64,000 nt of DNA from Octopus vulgaris (lineage: Eukaryota): contig OX597816.1 of the NCBI GenBank assembly GCA_951406725.2, positions 91,016,001-91,080,000 on the forward strand. Reading direction: 5' to 3'. Positions 49,151-61,121 of this stretch are shown in pieces (the first letter of the stretch is position 1; every line of letters starts with the position of its first letter). Under the pieces are notes generated by a model. It saw only the letters and a program-made list of their open reading frames with translations, did not search any database and had not been told where the DNA came from. The translations under genes and the position numbers were made by a program.

Positions 49151-49534
49151 GCATGCACCCGCAGTTTTCAATGTAATCCACTTTTTTCCCCAGGCAATGC
49201 AATAAAACTAATAAATATTCTTTTGTTGAAACATATTTCAATTAAATGAAACCTACCTGTGTATTTATTTCTTTTAAAATTAATTATTTTTTAGGATAAT
49301 GAGAAATGTAATTATAATTGCAAAAAAAAATATTAGATCCTATATCTTCACTGTATATAAAATTTTGATATTGAAACAAAGTACATAATACGAACGCGCC
49401 AAAAAAGCAAGTGCGAAAATTCATTATGAAAAATAATTGTCTATATAATATAGGCGGGCAATTTAAGCTAGTCTTGTACATACGTGCATATATATGTATG
49501 AGCGTTCGTATATGTAAGTATAACGTATGTTCTG

Positions 49535-49583
<49 letters not shown>

Positions 49584-49606
49584 GTATTTATGTGTTTATC
49601 TGGTAT

Positions 49607-49665
49607 ATTCAACTGACGAAGGCAGAGCTTCTCTTATGCAAAGTCAGAAATCCAAGATCTTGAAT
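49607..49665 (+). ncRNA. Candidate hammerhead ribozyme
   Basis: ATTCAA-CTGACGA-(stem II)-GAAA-TCCAAG-ATC-TTGAAT: 6-bp stem I, core and AUC triplet present; stem II closing pair mismatched. Confidence 0.55.
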
Positions 49666-49889
49666 TATCCAGAAAAATCTTTTTTGCTAGTTTATTTTGT
49701 CTCTGTTCTCTCTCCTAGCGCTATATGAACATTTAATGTGGCTTTTGGGTCAGGGTTTTGACTGCTACTTCAGCATGGTGGTATCTCTTAGATACTCTAA
49801 TTTATAGTTTTAAAAAATTATGACCTTTGTATGGTATTTATTCCCATGCTGGCCACTTGATAAGATCGATATTTAAATACCGATATTAT

Positions 49890-49960
<71 letters not shown>

Positions 49961-50106
49961 GTGAAATAGAAAGATGAATAATCTTGTAGCAGATTAATCA
50001 AAAGTTTAACCGATACCTTGGTAGCAAAAATCACAGCAGAAAACAGCACGGTTGGAGGTACAACCATATGGTGTTGCAACCGTGCGTTGGTGCGGATAAT
50101 TGAAAT

Positions 50107-51191
50107 TAAAATATTATTGGTGAATTGAAGAAATGGAGCTGAACGAAGATTGAACAGAAATCGTTTTATTTCATTCTACACGTGTTTCGAAAGGCACAAT
50201 TTACCAAAATCCGATTGAATAATGAGACCATATTGTGTCTTTCTCTTCAGGAAGAAATAGGAAATCCGTTGGAAAAAACAAAAACAGAACAGAGGCGGAG
50301 CAAAACAAATCGAACTAGGCTCCTAAGAGCCCATGGCAAAACTGTTTATCAGTGTATGTTGAGAACCGGTGGCTGAAGATTTTAACGGGTCAGGCAGCGG
50401 TCAATCATGTGGGTGAGGGTGTGTAGATGTTCTTTGTGACCGAGAATAAAGTTCTGACTATTTAAAGAATATTGGATGTTTTATAAGGGGCGAGAAAAAA
50501 TCTACTTAGAGACATGTGTGTATATACTGTTCTATATATGTGTGTGCTGGCGTAGGAGTAGAAAACATTTTTTGTGTACGTGTGTGCGTTTGATCGCTCG
50601 GCTGTCAGTGGCTAAACCGCTCTCCACAATGGCTACTGCAGTAAGAACCGTTGGGTGGCAGAAAAAAAAATATATTATGTTTTATGTGTGTGTGTGTTCG
50701 TCTGAGCCTGCCTTGTCAAGGTAACCCCCCGTTGTCAAAAAAACCAAGCCCCGTTTATCTTACAGGGGTAATTCCCCTTGCAGTGGTTAATCGTAAATAT
50801 CTTAAAGGCTATTTCAGAATTTGTTACCAAGGGCTATGGGTGCCGGTATTATTTATAAACGCTATTTAAAAGCCAGATAAGTGTAACGCCGCCAATGGGG
50901 GCATCGAAAAGCCGACTGTAAAAGTCCGTTTACCATCCGGCCTCTGGCAAACAAAATATGGAAGAGTTCGGAGACACAAAGGTTGCACTGCCTTCTGCCC
51001 CTATCAAATGGGAGGGCCACCGACAAAATTGACCATTCCAGCCTGTAGCTTGAGTTCGTATCCTTCAGTCGCCATATTAGCTTGCTGAGTCCCGTGGTCT
51101 GGCGCTTGTTCATGTCCCGAAAAGTTGCGTAATGGTCTCCAACCATTACGCAACAATCTTCGTTCAGCTCCATTTCTTCAATTCACCAATA

Positions 51192-51199
<8 letters not shown>
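50107..51199 (-). mobile_element. 5'-truncated Penelope-like element (endonuclease-region C-terminus + pseudo-LTR) with inverted terminal duplication
   Basis: ORF 50862-51173 has HYATFR...TGLSKLIWRLKD...WSIL...CNLCVSE...CPH, typical of PLE C-termini; perfect 46-bp inverted repeat at 50107-50152 / 51154-51199; hammerhead at 50168-50258. Confidence 0.85.
50168..50258 (-). ncRNA. Type I hammerhead ribozyme (Penelope-associated)
   Basis: Minus strand: ATTTCTTC-CTGAAGA-[12-bp stem II GAAAGACACAAT/ATTGTGCCTTTC, one mismatch]-GAAA-C-ACGT-GTA-GAATGAAAT. Complete core, palindromic stem III CACGTG, GUA cleavage triplet. Confidence 0.85.
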
Positions 51200-51271
<72 letters not shown>

Positions 51272-52814
51272 GTGTGTGCGTGTGTGTGTTTGTGTGTGTG
51301 TGTGTGTATACTTCGTTTTTGTATCTGGTTTGCAATATTCTTTACGTAAATTCGTGTGTTGAAGCAAATTATGTTGTGTCTGGGGATAGTCATACTGTCT
51401 TAATGTGATAGTATCTAACACACTCACCGGTTCGATTTCCACTCATTTATTATTTATATTTTTCCTTCCAAATTTTCGTTGCTTTTGCAACCTTGTCAAT
51501 GGATATCTTCTTATATATAAAATATATATGTGTGTGTGTGTGTGTGTGTATTCACTTTGCATGTGAAAACGGCTGCATGAATTGGTTCCATACTTGGGGT
51601 GCATGAATTTGACTTCGGATACATAATAGGGTCTTCATTTTAGTTTTTTTTTTTTTAAATAAATAATATTGCTTTTTATATATAATTCACTTCTTTAAAA
51701 AGGTTTTTAAATGTCAACTTCTAGTATTGACGTGGCAACCTTTGCAGGTGAATTTTTCAGTTTTCATTTGCGAAATCTCTCGCTCTCTATTTTAATGGTT
51801 TCATTTCAACTTTTAATTCACTGTTTGCAAACAACTACGACAGAAATATTTATCAAGCAAGTGAGTTTTTTATAAATTGAAGTTTTCAAGAAAATTTGCT
51901 TTCTGAACTTCCTTTTATTATTGAATATTTCAAGCTCACAAATTTAAATATTAGGTACAAGACAGTTTTTAACGAGATTTTATTTATAGGATTTTTTCCA
52001 TTTCATGTTTATTTCATTCATTGTTTGCAATGTTCTCTCTCCTCATCTTTCTCTCTCTCTCTCACACACACGCACACACACATACACTGTCTCTCTAATA
52101 TAAACACACACACACATACACTCCAGGTTTGATTTCGTTATTACACAAATATCACATTAGAATTTTGAAAGAAATATGGGCATTCTTTTGCTCGAACCCA
52201 CACACTTCGGTAATTTCCGTAACATTTTTTTATTTATTCACTTTTTGCACGCCGTGTTCATCTCTATGTAGTTGTAGTCAGTCGCACACGTGTGTTTTTG
52301 TATGTACGTTTGTATACATTTATGTATGTGTGTGTGAGAGATAGAGATAGAGAGAGAGACGGAGAAGAAGAGAGAGTGAGTGAAGGGGTGTGTTGTCAGG
52401 TATACGTATATACATAAATACATGTGCATACATCGTTTTTGCATGTATGCGTGAGTGTGTGTGATGTCTAAGTGGCACTCACTCTCTGTCTCTCTGTCTC
52501 TCTCTCTCTCACACACACGTCCATTTCATATACACGTATATACATCTTTCACTTTCTCTTCTCCTTCACTTTAAAACAAAAGTAAATAAATATGAATCTT
52601 TTATGGAAATTAACGAACAAAACCAGCTGTTCATCTTGGCATTTCTGCGGGTTCAAACGTAAGAATGTCAAAATATGCGACTGGAAAAGAACATTTAGCA
52701 GCAAAGGCACGAAGGCAGACAATATCATCAAAATTATTAGAATTAGGAATCAAATGTGTAAAGATTATCAAGTGGTTAGCAGAAAAACCGGAGAGCGCTC
52801 TTTCTGCTAGTGAG

Positions 52815-52817
<3 letters not shown>

Positions 52818-52846
<29 letters not shown>

Positions 52847-52916
52847 TGTATGTATGTATGTATGTATGTATGTATGTATGTATGTATGTATGTATGTATG
52901 TATGTATGTATGTATG
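52818..52916. repeat. (TATG)n microsatellite, representative of numerous (TA)n, (CA)n, (TATG)n and (TATC)n tracts
   Basis: Direct reading; other long tracts at about 4230-4295, 45463-45575, 49893-49958 and 57290-57368. Confidence 0.95.
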
Positions 52917-53545
52917 TGTCAGGTCAGGTCACTTTCGAGTGCTACTGGTAACATGTAACCCAGTACAACCTGTTGCATGGTCGGGCCGTCGGCGTCTAAA
53001 CCGGCAACCCCACTAAGCTTGCTTGGTGAGGAGGGTGTTTATTGGACACCCTGCGAGATGAAAAACAAAACCCGTGAAAGGGCGGAGGAGCTCTTAAGAG
53101 TCAACGGCCATCCAATAAATGTGTAATTTTTTTAGGCTTAAGGCTGTATCATGCGCGCTTAAACCATTGGGAGTGAAGGACTCCTAGCCTTTGTTAGGGC
53201 ATCCTTCTAGGAGAAGGTAACTCAGGTAACTGGGATAACTCCGACATAAAACCTGCGGCTCAGTGGTTACCGATGACGTTGACTTGCTCTTCTTTTCGGA
53301 TTATGGTTGCTGTTGCTTAGTGAGTCGGATTGACTCAGTGCACAGCCTTTCCTCACTTAAAAAAATCTTCTTGCACAAGCATTGCACGATAGCAACATTG
53401 CTCATGATTGTTGATAGTGCTGTGAGTCTCAACTGAATAGCTAGCTGTAGCCTTAAAAAGCAAATAAAAGTCACATTCGATCACAGCACCAATAACAGTT
53501 AAGCTTCATGCAATGGCCATACTCGATAACGAGGGGCAGCCATCA
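52917..53545 (+). mobile_element. Non-coding bipartite RTE derivative (5' leader + 3' tail) within (TATG)n
   Basis: Leader shared with 27520-27707; CTAGGAGAAGGTAACTC motif; tail GCCATACTCGATAACGAGGGGCAGCCATCATGTATG similar to the RTE tail at 43171; (TATG)n on both sides. Confidence 0.6.
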
Positions 53546-53635
53546 TGTATGTATGTATATATGTATGCATGTATGTATGTATGTATGTATGTATGTATGT
53601 ATGTATGTATGTATGTATGTATGTATGTATATATG

Positions 53636-53680
<45 letters not shown>

Positions 53681-53687
53681 TCCCCTT

Positions 53688-54481
53688 CATCACTATCGTC
53701 GTCATCGTTTAGCGTCCGCTTTCCATGCTGGTATGGGTCGGACAGTTTGACTGAGGACTAATAAGCCAGAAAGCTGTACCAGGCTCCAGTCTGATCCGGC
53801 AAAGTTTCTACAGTTGGATACCCTTCCTAACGCCAACCACTCCGATGGTGTAGCGGGTGCTTTTTACGTGCCACCGGCACGAGGGCCAGTCAGGCGGTAC
53901 GGGCATCGACTACACTTGAAGGGTGCTTTTTACGTGCTACCAGGACAGGAGCCAGTCAGGTGGCACTCGCAACAACCACGCTCAAATGGTGCTTTTTACG
54001 TGCCAGTCAGGCAGTACTGGTATTGGCCACGACGACAATGACTTCACTTGACTCAACAGGTTTTCACTAGCACAGTTTATTGCCCAATGATTGAAGGCTA
54101 TTCTTAAATGGGCTGGTTATACTGCTTTGGCATAGGTCACAGTTACAGTCTCACTTGGCTTGCCGGGTCTTCTCACGCACAGCGTATCTCCAAAGGTCTC
54201 GGTCATTCGTAATCGCCTCCGTGAGGCCAAACGTTCGAAGGTCGTGCTTCACCACCTCATCCTAGGTTTTCCTGGGTCTTCCTCTTCCACAGGTTCCCTC
54301 TACTGCTAAGGTGTGACACTTTTTCAAACAGTTGTCCTCATCCATTCGCAGTACTTGACCATACCAGCGCAGTCGTCTCACTTGCACACGACATCTGATG
54401 CTTTTTATGTCCAAGTTTTCTCTCAGGGCGCTTACACTCTGTCGTGCATGCACACTGACATTACACATCCAGCGGAGCATA
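53688..54481 (-). mobile_element. RTE LINE 3' end (ORF C-terminus + repetitive 3' UTR)
   Basis: MLRWMCNVS...RRLRWYGQVLRMDE...GRGRPRKT...DRDLWRYAV, followed by GTAAAAAGCACC units and a (GAT)n tail. Confidence 0.85.
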
Positions 54482-54639
54482 CTGTATATATATATATATA
54501 TATATCAGCTGGCAAAAATGAGTAATCCTGCGACGGACCGGCGTCCCTTTCAGGTGGGGAATTTCTACTCCACTGAAACTGAGAAACCGGCTCTTATGAG
54601 CATGGCTCGAGAAGGAACATTTATATTTATATATAACTG

Positions 54640-55860
54640 TTCCCATTCACAATCTTCATTGATAAAGCGTATTTGTTCCTCACGCTTAATGAATTCTTCA
54701 ACAATTTATTCTTTTTTGCTAATAACGTATTTCCACGAGTATTCTTATAAACGCTGTAAAGACGTTTTCCGATTCAAAATTGTAGTTCATCACAAAACCT
54801 CGCTAAGCTAAGTATATATTTATATTTAAGATCTTTAAATTTTAATATTTTATAAGTCTTATGGTATAATATTATTGTTTTTTATGTAAATATTGATGTT
54901 TATGTAATGATGTAATTATCGTAATTTTTCTATATAATTATTAGATATTAACTTTAAGTTTATTCGTAAGAGTTTACTTAGCGATAAATATATTGTTTGA
55001 TAGCAAGTATACGAGTTGTTTAAAGTTAGGTTTCATGTATATACATGTATTAATAGCATCAATTTTAGTTTTAAATTTCTTTTAATTATTTTTATAACTT
55101 ATATATTGTCCTTTTAAATTGATAATTGGTAGTTATATTATTCCCATTGATAAATATATTTATAGTATTTAATTGATACTATATAACTACGAATTGATTA
55201 TTTCATTAAGTATTTTAAATATAAGATTTTTGAAAGTTATTATTTAGCCAACGAGATATAAAGATAGTTACTTTGCTATAGCGTTCGTTTAAGATTGTTT
55301 GTTTGTATTTTTGCAATTAGCTATTTCATCTTTAATATTTTAATATTTTTATTAGTATAATTAGAATAATTAATTCATTAGGTCTTTATTATATGTGCAT
55401 ATATATTTATTTATAGAGATAATTTTAGATCTTAATTCTAATATTTATATACATTTATATATTTTCCTTGATAATTTATATATTATCTAAATATTATATA
55501 GTCATTTTTTTTGTAAAATATTTATGTAATTAGATATTGTCTATAACTGATATTAGATTATTTTTGGGTTTCTTACCTTAAAAATTAATACTTAAAAATC
55601 AAAATTAATATTTAACATTACAGTCGATTATTTGACATATTCATAATCGTTAAGTTTCTAGTTTGATAATAGAATTTTTTTATAAGAAAAATTATTATTG
55701 TATTTATTTCTTAAAAAATATTGTTTAAGAAATTGATTATTTATTAAAATAGTACAATTTTTTAACCTGAAGATTGACTGTAACCATAATTCGAATTTTT
55801 AATTGAATTTAAATTATTGTTATTCGAATTGGTTACGGGCATGAAACGATCATAGTGGTT
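54640..55860 (+). mobile_element. Possible heavily decayed, AT-enriched Penelope-like element
   Basis: Faint motifs (IKRICSS; KYI...FKVRF) and a terminal hammerhead-like motif at 55764-55860. Confidence 0.3.
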
Positions 55861-55913
55861 TTACTCTTTATCTTATATTAAACTTTTAATACTTTTTGAT
55901 AGTTATATAATAT

Positions 55914-55959
<46 letters not shown>

Positions 55960-55965
<6 letters not shown>

Positions 55966-56149
55966 AAATTTATAAGTTTAAATTATTAATTAGAATAATT
56001 TTTTAAATTTTAACTTTAATTTAAATATTTTAATTGGGAATTTTATATTTTATATTTTTTATATATTTTATTAATTAATTTTATTTCTATGTATTGGCTT
56101 ATGATTTTCACTGTTTTGCCTAATAGTGGTTTTATCTCTAATTTAATAT

Positions 56150-56200
<51 letters not shown>

Positions 56201-56483
56201 ATTGAAGAAATGGAGTTGAACGAAGATTGAACAGAAGATTGATTAATCTGCAACAAGATTATTCATCTTTCTATTTCACAATATATATATATATATATAT
56301 TTAAAATTTATAAGTTTAAATTATTAATTAGAATAATTTTTTAAATTTTAACTTTAATTTAAATATTTTTATTGGGAATTTTATATTTTATATTTTTTAT
56401 ATATTTTATTAATTAATTTTATTTCTATGTATTGGCTTATGATTTTCACTGTTTTGCCTAATAGTGGTTTTATCTCTAATTTA

Positions 56484-56490
<7 letters not shown>
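55960..56490. repeat. Direct duplication of a ~190-bp AT-rich unit separated by (TA)n and an ~85-bp insert
   Basis: About 55960-56150 and 56300-56490 are nearly identical (TTTAAAATTTATAAG...GCCTAATAGTGGTTTTATCTCTAATTTAATATA). Confidence 0.9.
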
Positions 56491-56541
<51 letters not shown>

Positions 56542-57288
56542 CTGATTCGTTGGAGTTTCGAAAAGGTATTTGTGAGAAGAACGCATCGGAAAGTTTGATG
56601 GAAACCTTTTAACCACGCGTAATACAAAACGTGCGTGCGCGCGCGTGTGTGCGTGAGTGTGTGTATGTGCGTGCGGGCGTGCACGCGTGTATGTATGATG
56701 GGCTTTGTACACCATCTTTCTGTCTGCCAAAATCACTCAAAGGCTTTGGCCATTTAGGAGGTGTAGTTGAAGGCATTTCCCACCAGTTGCTTTGCAGTGG
56801 AACTGACTGACAGAACAGAAATTATGTGCTTGGAAAGAAAACTTCTTAACCGAGCACCTAATAATGTATAATTTTAATGAGCTACAAAGGAAACACATGA
56901 AAAATTTAAGTATATTTGATTTCCTCTGGTATACAGCTATTTCATTAAATAAAAATGTCAACCATTCAGCTTACAGCTTTCAGTTACATAAGGAATATTT
57001 AATTAATAATGTTAAGATCTACGATTTTCCGTTCATAGTTTCTACGGCAAGCACATCTACTAACTGCTCGAAGAAATTATTGAAAACTTTTCTCCAAAGA
57101 GTCAAAAAAAGCTTATTTCTATTCCCTCCTCCCACCAAGATACTAATTCGACTATGTATGTATATTAACATTCGTACATACATAGAAACCCCCAGCACGC
57201 ATATTTATAATTATGTATGTATGTATGTATGTATGTATGTATGTATGTGTGTGTGTATACTATGTATGTATGTGTATGTATATATGTA

Positions 57289-57369
<81 letters not shown>

Positions 57370-57713
57370 GTGTGTGTGTTTATGTATTATGATTTCATTA
57401 GCTGGATAGAACAAATATAGCGGCTGCAGCTACCTACCAACATCCTGTACCTGCACATGGGCCTAAGAATAAAAGAAATAACAGATATCATTTTCAGATC
57501 AATAACAACTGAGTTGACCTACAGGGGCCTAACATCTGGTAGCTAACTGGAATTTGTCTCATACATCGTTGCTCTGTGTAGATGCTTGACGAGATATGTT
57601 CGTCCTACGAAACTTTATAGTGCGTGTAACTGAATTAAACTGTTGTTAAAAAGTATATGTAACTCATACGATTTTTGAGTAGCACTTTCTTTCATTTGTC
57701 CACTTGCTTGCTT

Positions 57714-57777
<64 letters not shown>

Positions 57778-58534
57778 ACACACACAGCTTTTTTCAATGC
57801 ATGGCAGAAAAATGAATTAAAATATTAATCCCTTTTGGCATGAGATTATTTTCCTTTTCTTTCGATGTTTCAGCGTTTGATATGTGCGTGTATGTTATAT
57901 GCACGTTTGTAAGTATCTGTATATGTATGTATGTGCTTGTAAGTGTGTGTGTGTGAGTGTGTGTGTGAGTGTGTGTGTGTGTGTGTGTTTGTGCGTGTGA
58001 GTGTGTGCGCGCGCGCATTTATGTGTGTGTGTATTAGTTCGCGTGTATGTTTGGTTGAGAAAAGATTTTTTGAAGGCACCAGAATTGAAGAAAGGAAATT
58101 TTTCAAATTTTGTTTTACGACATAATAAACTATGGCGTAGTTTATATATACAAAGACGATATCCACCCTCTCTCATAGAATTAAGCGTGCCAAGAAATTA
58201 GACATAAAAAACATTATTTCTTCTGTCCATCTGCCTCTACCTCTCTCTCACTTCTCTCCCCACGTGACCGGTGTTCGACCAAGCCTGACCTTTCTTTGTT
58301 GGTTCGGCCGCTGTCCGTGCAACATCTATATTCTTCCCTGTGTCTGTGAAATCTTTACTTCCACACCATCTTAATTTAATACGTTCTTATTCGAAAGACA
58401 CCTGTTATTTGTATTTGTGTAACCTTCTCCGTTTTTTTCCCGTCTTTGTTTTCGCTGCTTTCTTCCAAGGAATCTAATACTCTTAGCTTAGTTTTTCCTT
58501 GGGGCTGGCCATATTGGAGCAATCTCCCATTTTG

Positions 58535-58575
<41 letters not shown>

Positions 58576-58599
58576 CGGCGTACGTACACTTTGGTCTCT

Positions 58600-58631
<32 letters not shown>

Positions 58632-58669
58632 TGTATGTATGTATGTATGTATGTATCTAAAGAGCAAAA

Positions 58670-58965
58670 ACCGCCTTCAGTCACGAATGACTATGGGATT
58701 GCACCTAAAAAGTGACCCACTCCCAGGCATAAGTCCGTGCAAGGTTGACCAGCCTCCCCTCTCCACGCCACCAATGGAAAGACAAAGGCCGATGCAGCTT
58801 GGCACCATTAAACACTGTAAATCATTTCTACAGTTGAGTGAACTAGAACAACATAAAATAAAGTGGTTTTCTGAAGAACATAATACACAGCCCGGTCCGG
58901 GAATCGAACTCACTACCTTACGATTGTGAGCTTGACGCTGTAACCACTGAGCCATACGCCTTCAC
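58670..58965 (-). mobile_element. tRNA-derived SINE, second family (related copy about 15455-15760)
   Basis: Minus-strand head GGCGTATGGCTCAGTGGTTACAGCGTC...GAGTTCGATTCCCGG with A and B boxes. Confidence 0.75.
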
Positions 58966-59499
58966 ACAAACGCACACACGCACACATACACATATATCTG
59001 TATGTGTTTGCGCATGTGCATGTGTGTGTATATGTTCAACAGTAGTGTTCGCGTGCGTGTAAGATTTTTGTCTTCTAACATCTTTTCCTCTTTTGTTTTA
59101 TTCTTTTTCTCATTTTCTCGGGCTTACTCCAGCCAGTCTTCATCTAACCCTACCCAACACAATTATGCCTTTCACTTTCCCCAGCTGTACAGAAGCGGCA
59201 TCACTGTTTCCCTCCAATCTACCTTTACACTTTAGCGTGACAAAATAGAAGTATCCATTTACACACACGCGCGCGTGCACACACACAAATACACACACCA
59301 CCGATTTTCCAGTGTCCTTGGCTCCAAAACCTTGACTGTTTGCCGGTTCGTCCGTGCTTACGTAATAATAATTCATCATCACACATCCTACCCACTTATT
59401 ATATGCCTAAAATTAATCTCAAGTTTCATGAGCTGATGTAAACTTAACTTCAACAAATACGTGGTATTAAATATAAATTTAATAAATGAAATATAGGTA

Positions 59500-60480
59500 G
59501 AAGTGGATTACATTAGTACATTTATACATTTTTTAATTACTGTAGTTACAAAGAGTGCTGTATCGTTAGTGTTTCCAGTGGAATTTTAATGGATTTAATC
59601 AAGAAGGTATGGAAGTTGAGCATGAAGATTACTGTCTGTTTCGTAGTTGATCGTTTCATCTTGTATTTCGGATATTCAAGTAGGACATCTGGAATGCTTG
59701 AAGCTGAAGCTACAGGGTAGTCATTCTGTTTGGCTATATTTTCAAAAGTTTCATGTAAGTGAAGTTGTTTCACCTGGCTTGTATTTTCCCCTGTGTAATT
59801 TTCAAGCATCAATGGAAGATTCATTAGTTCTTGTTGCGTGACGAAGGTACGCTTCTCTAGACCTTTGATAACTTTACTTGTTAATGCAAAGTGATTCAGC
59901 GACATCTGCTTCATCGTCATTAATTCCTGTGCTTTTATCAACATTCAGAACTATATCCATAATTTCAGAGTCTGAAAGATGGCATACAACCAATGTTTCT
60001 TCGTCGCCTTTGGTTAAATTTTCTTCATGAATTTCATTGGCATTAGTTCCTAAGACACTTCTTGTATAAGCAAGAAACTCATGAACAACTGTTTCCCGCC
60101 TTTGATTAATAAAATCTTGTAAAATTATTATCAGCATTTGCACCAGGTGAATCATCGAACAGTAGATCACAAATTATGCCAATCTTTCTTTAGTGTCGAT
60201 GCTTCCACCTTCTCCCATTCTTTAGCAGGGAACCAAAAACCATCTTTCTTTTTAAATTCTTAAATAACTATAGGTACAGACTTGCTAGCATTCACCACCT
60301 CTAGCACACATTTCATGAAAAGTAAAGCGATTATTTAACCTTTAGAGAGTGCAGTAGTCATTGGTCTTGGGGTTGGATAAGTGATGTATTCCTTGGACTT
60401 GGGCTTGGATAAGTGATGTACTGCTGTTACATTACTTACGAGGAAAAAAGTGAGATTTGTAAAATAGGTTTCGAATCCTA
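59500..60480 (-). mobile_element. Decayed Tigger/pogo (DDE_1, jerky-like) transposase remnant
   Basis: Minus strand: NVT..TSLIQP.DQ, EWEKVEASTLKKDWHNL, DEETLVVCHLSDSEIMDIVLN, IKGLEKRTFVTQQE. Confidence 0.6.
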
Positions 60481-61086
60481 GAAATATTTGGTTTAAAGTT
60501 TCAAGCAAGATTCAAAACGCAACGACATCACTTTTGTACCAAATTGACTTTTCGATATCAGTTTTACTTTATTGTTGAAGTTTTGTGCTTCGAATACTAT
60601 AAAGGCATCATATAGACAAGTTAATAAAATCACTTTAATTCAAATTGAAAGCGCAGCCGATTTATTTGGTTATTTTACTGTTAACAGATGCTCAATAAAC
60701 TTTCAAAAGAAAAAAAAATATGAGAGAAAAAACAGAAAAGAAAAAATACGTCGTGTGATTCGAAGAGCTTAAATTTTAACAGGTTACATTTTATTATTCT
60801 TTATAATTAAAAGTGGTAGCAAATACCGTTGAATAAAAGTTAAACTTTTGGTGATCCTAATTTTGGTCCGATTGTAATCAATTCTTTTTTTCCGTATGTC
60901 TAGACTTCCTTTAATTTGTTCGTTTATTTATTCAACTTTATTCTTGCGTTAAGTAATTAAATATTTACTGTCTACTTACGTATTTCCACTTTTAAAAGCA
61001 TTATCGTAAGATGAGTGAAATTTCATCCACCATATTAATCTAGAAACACTTACAAACACAGACGTGTGTATAATATACATACATAT

Positions 61087-61121
<35 letters not shown>

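Noticed and set aside
54810-56160. Mitochondrial insertion (NUMT) as explanation for the AT-rich block
   Set aside because: No recognisable mitochondrial gene, rRNA or tRNA sequence.
58890-58965. tRNA gene
   Set aside because: The A/B-box sequence continues into a SINE body; it is a SINE head, as are the similar heads elsewhere.
59300-59365. Minus-strand CGGACGA...GAAAATCGG hammerhead-like remnant
   Set aside because: Core and cleavage triplet are both degenerate; too weak to call.
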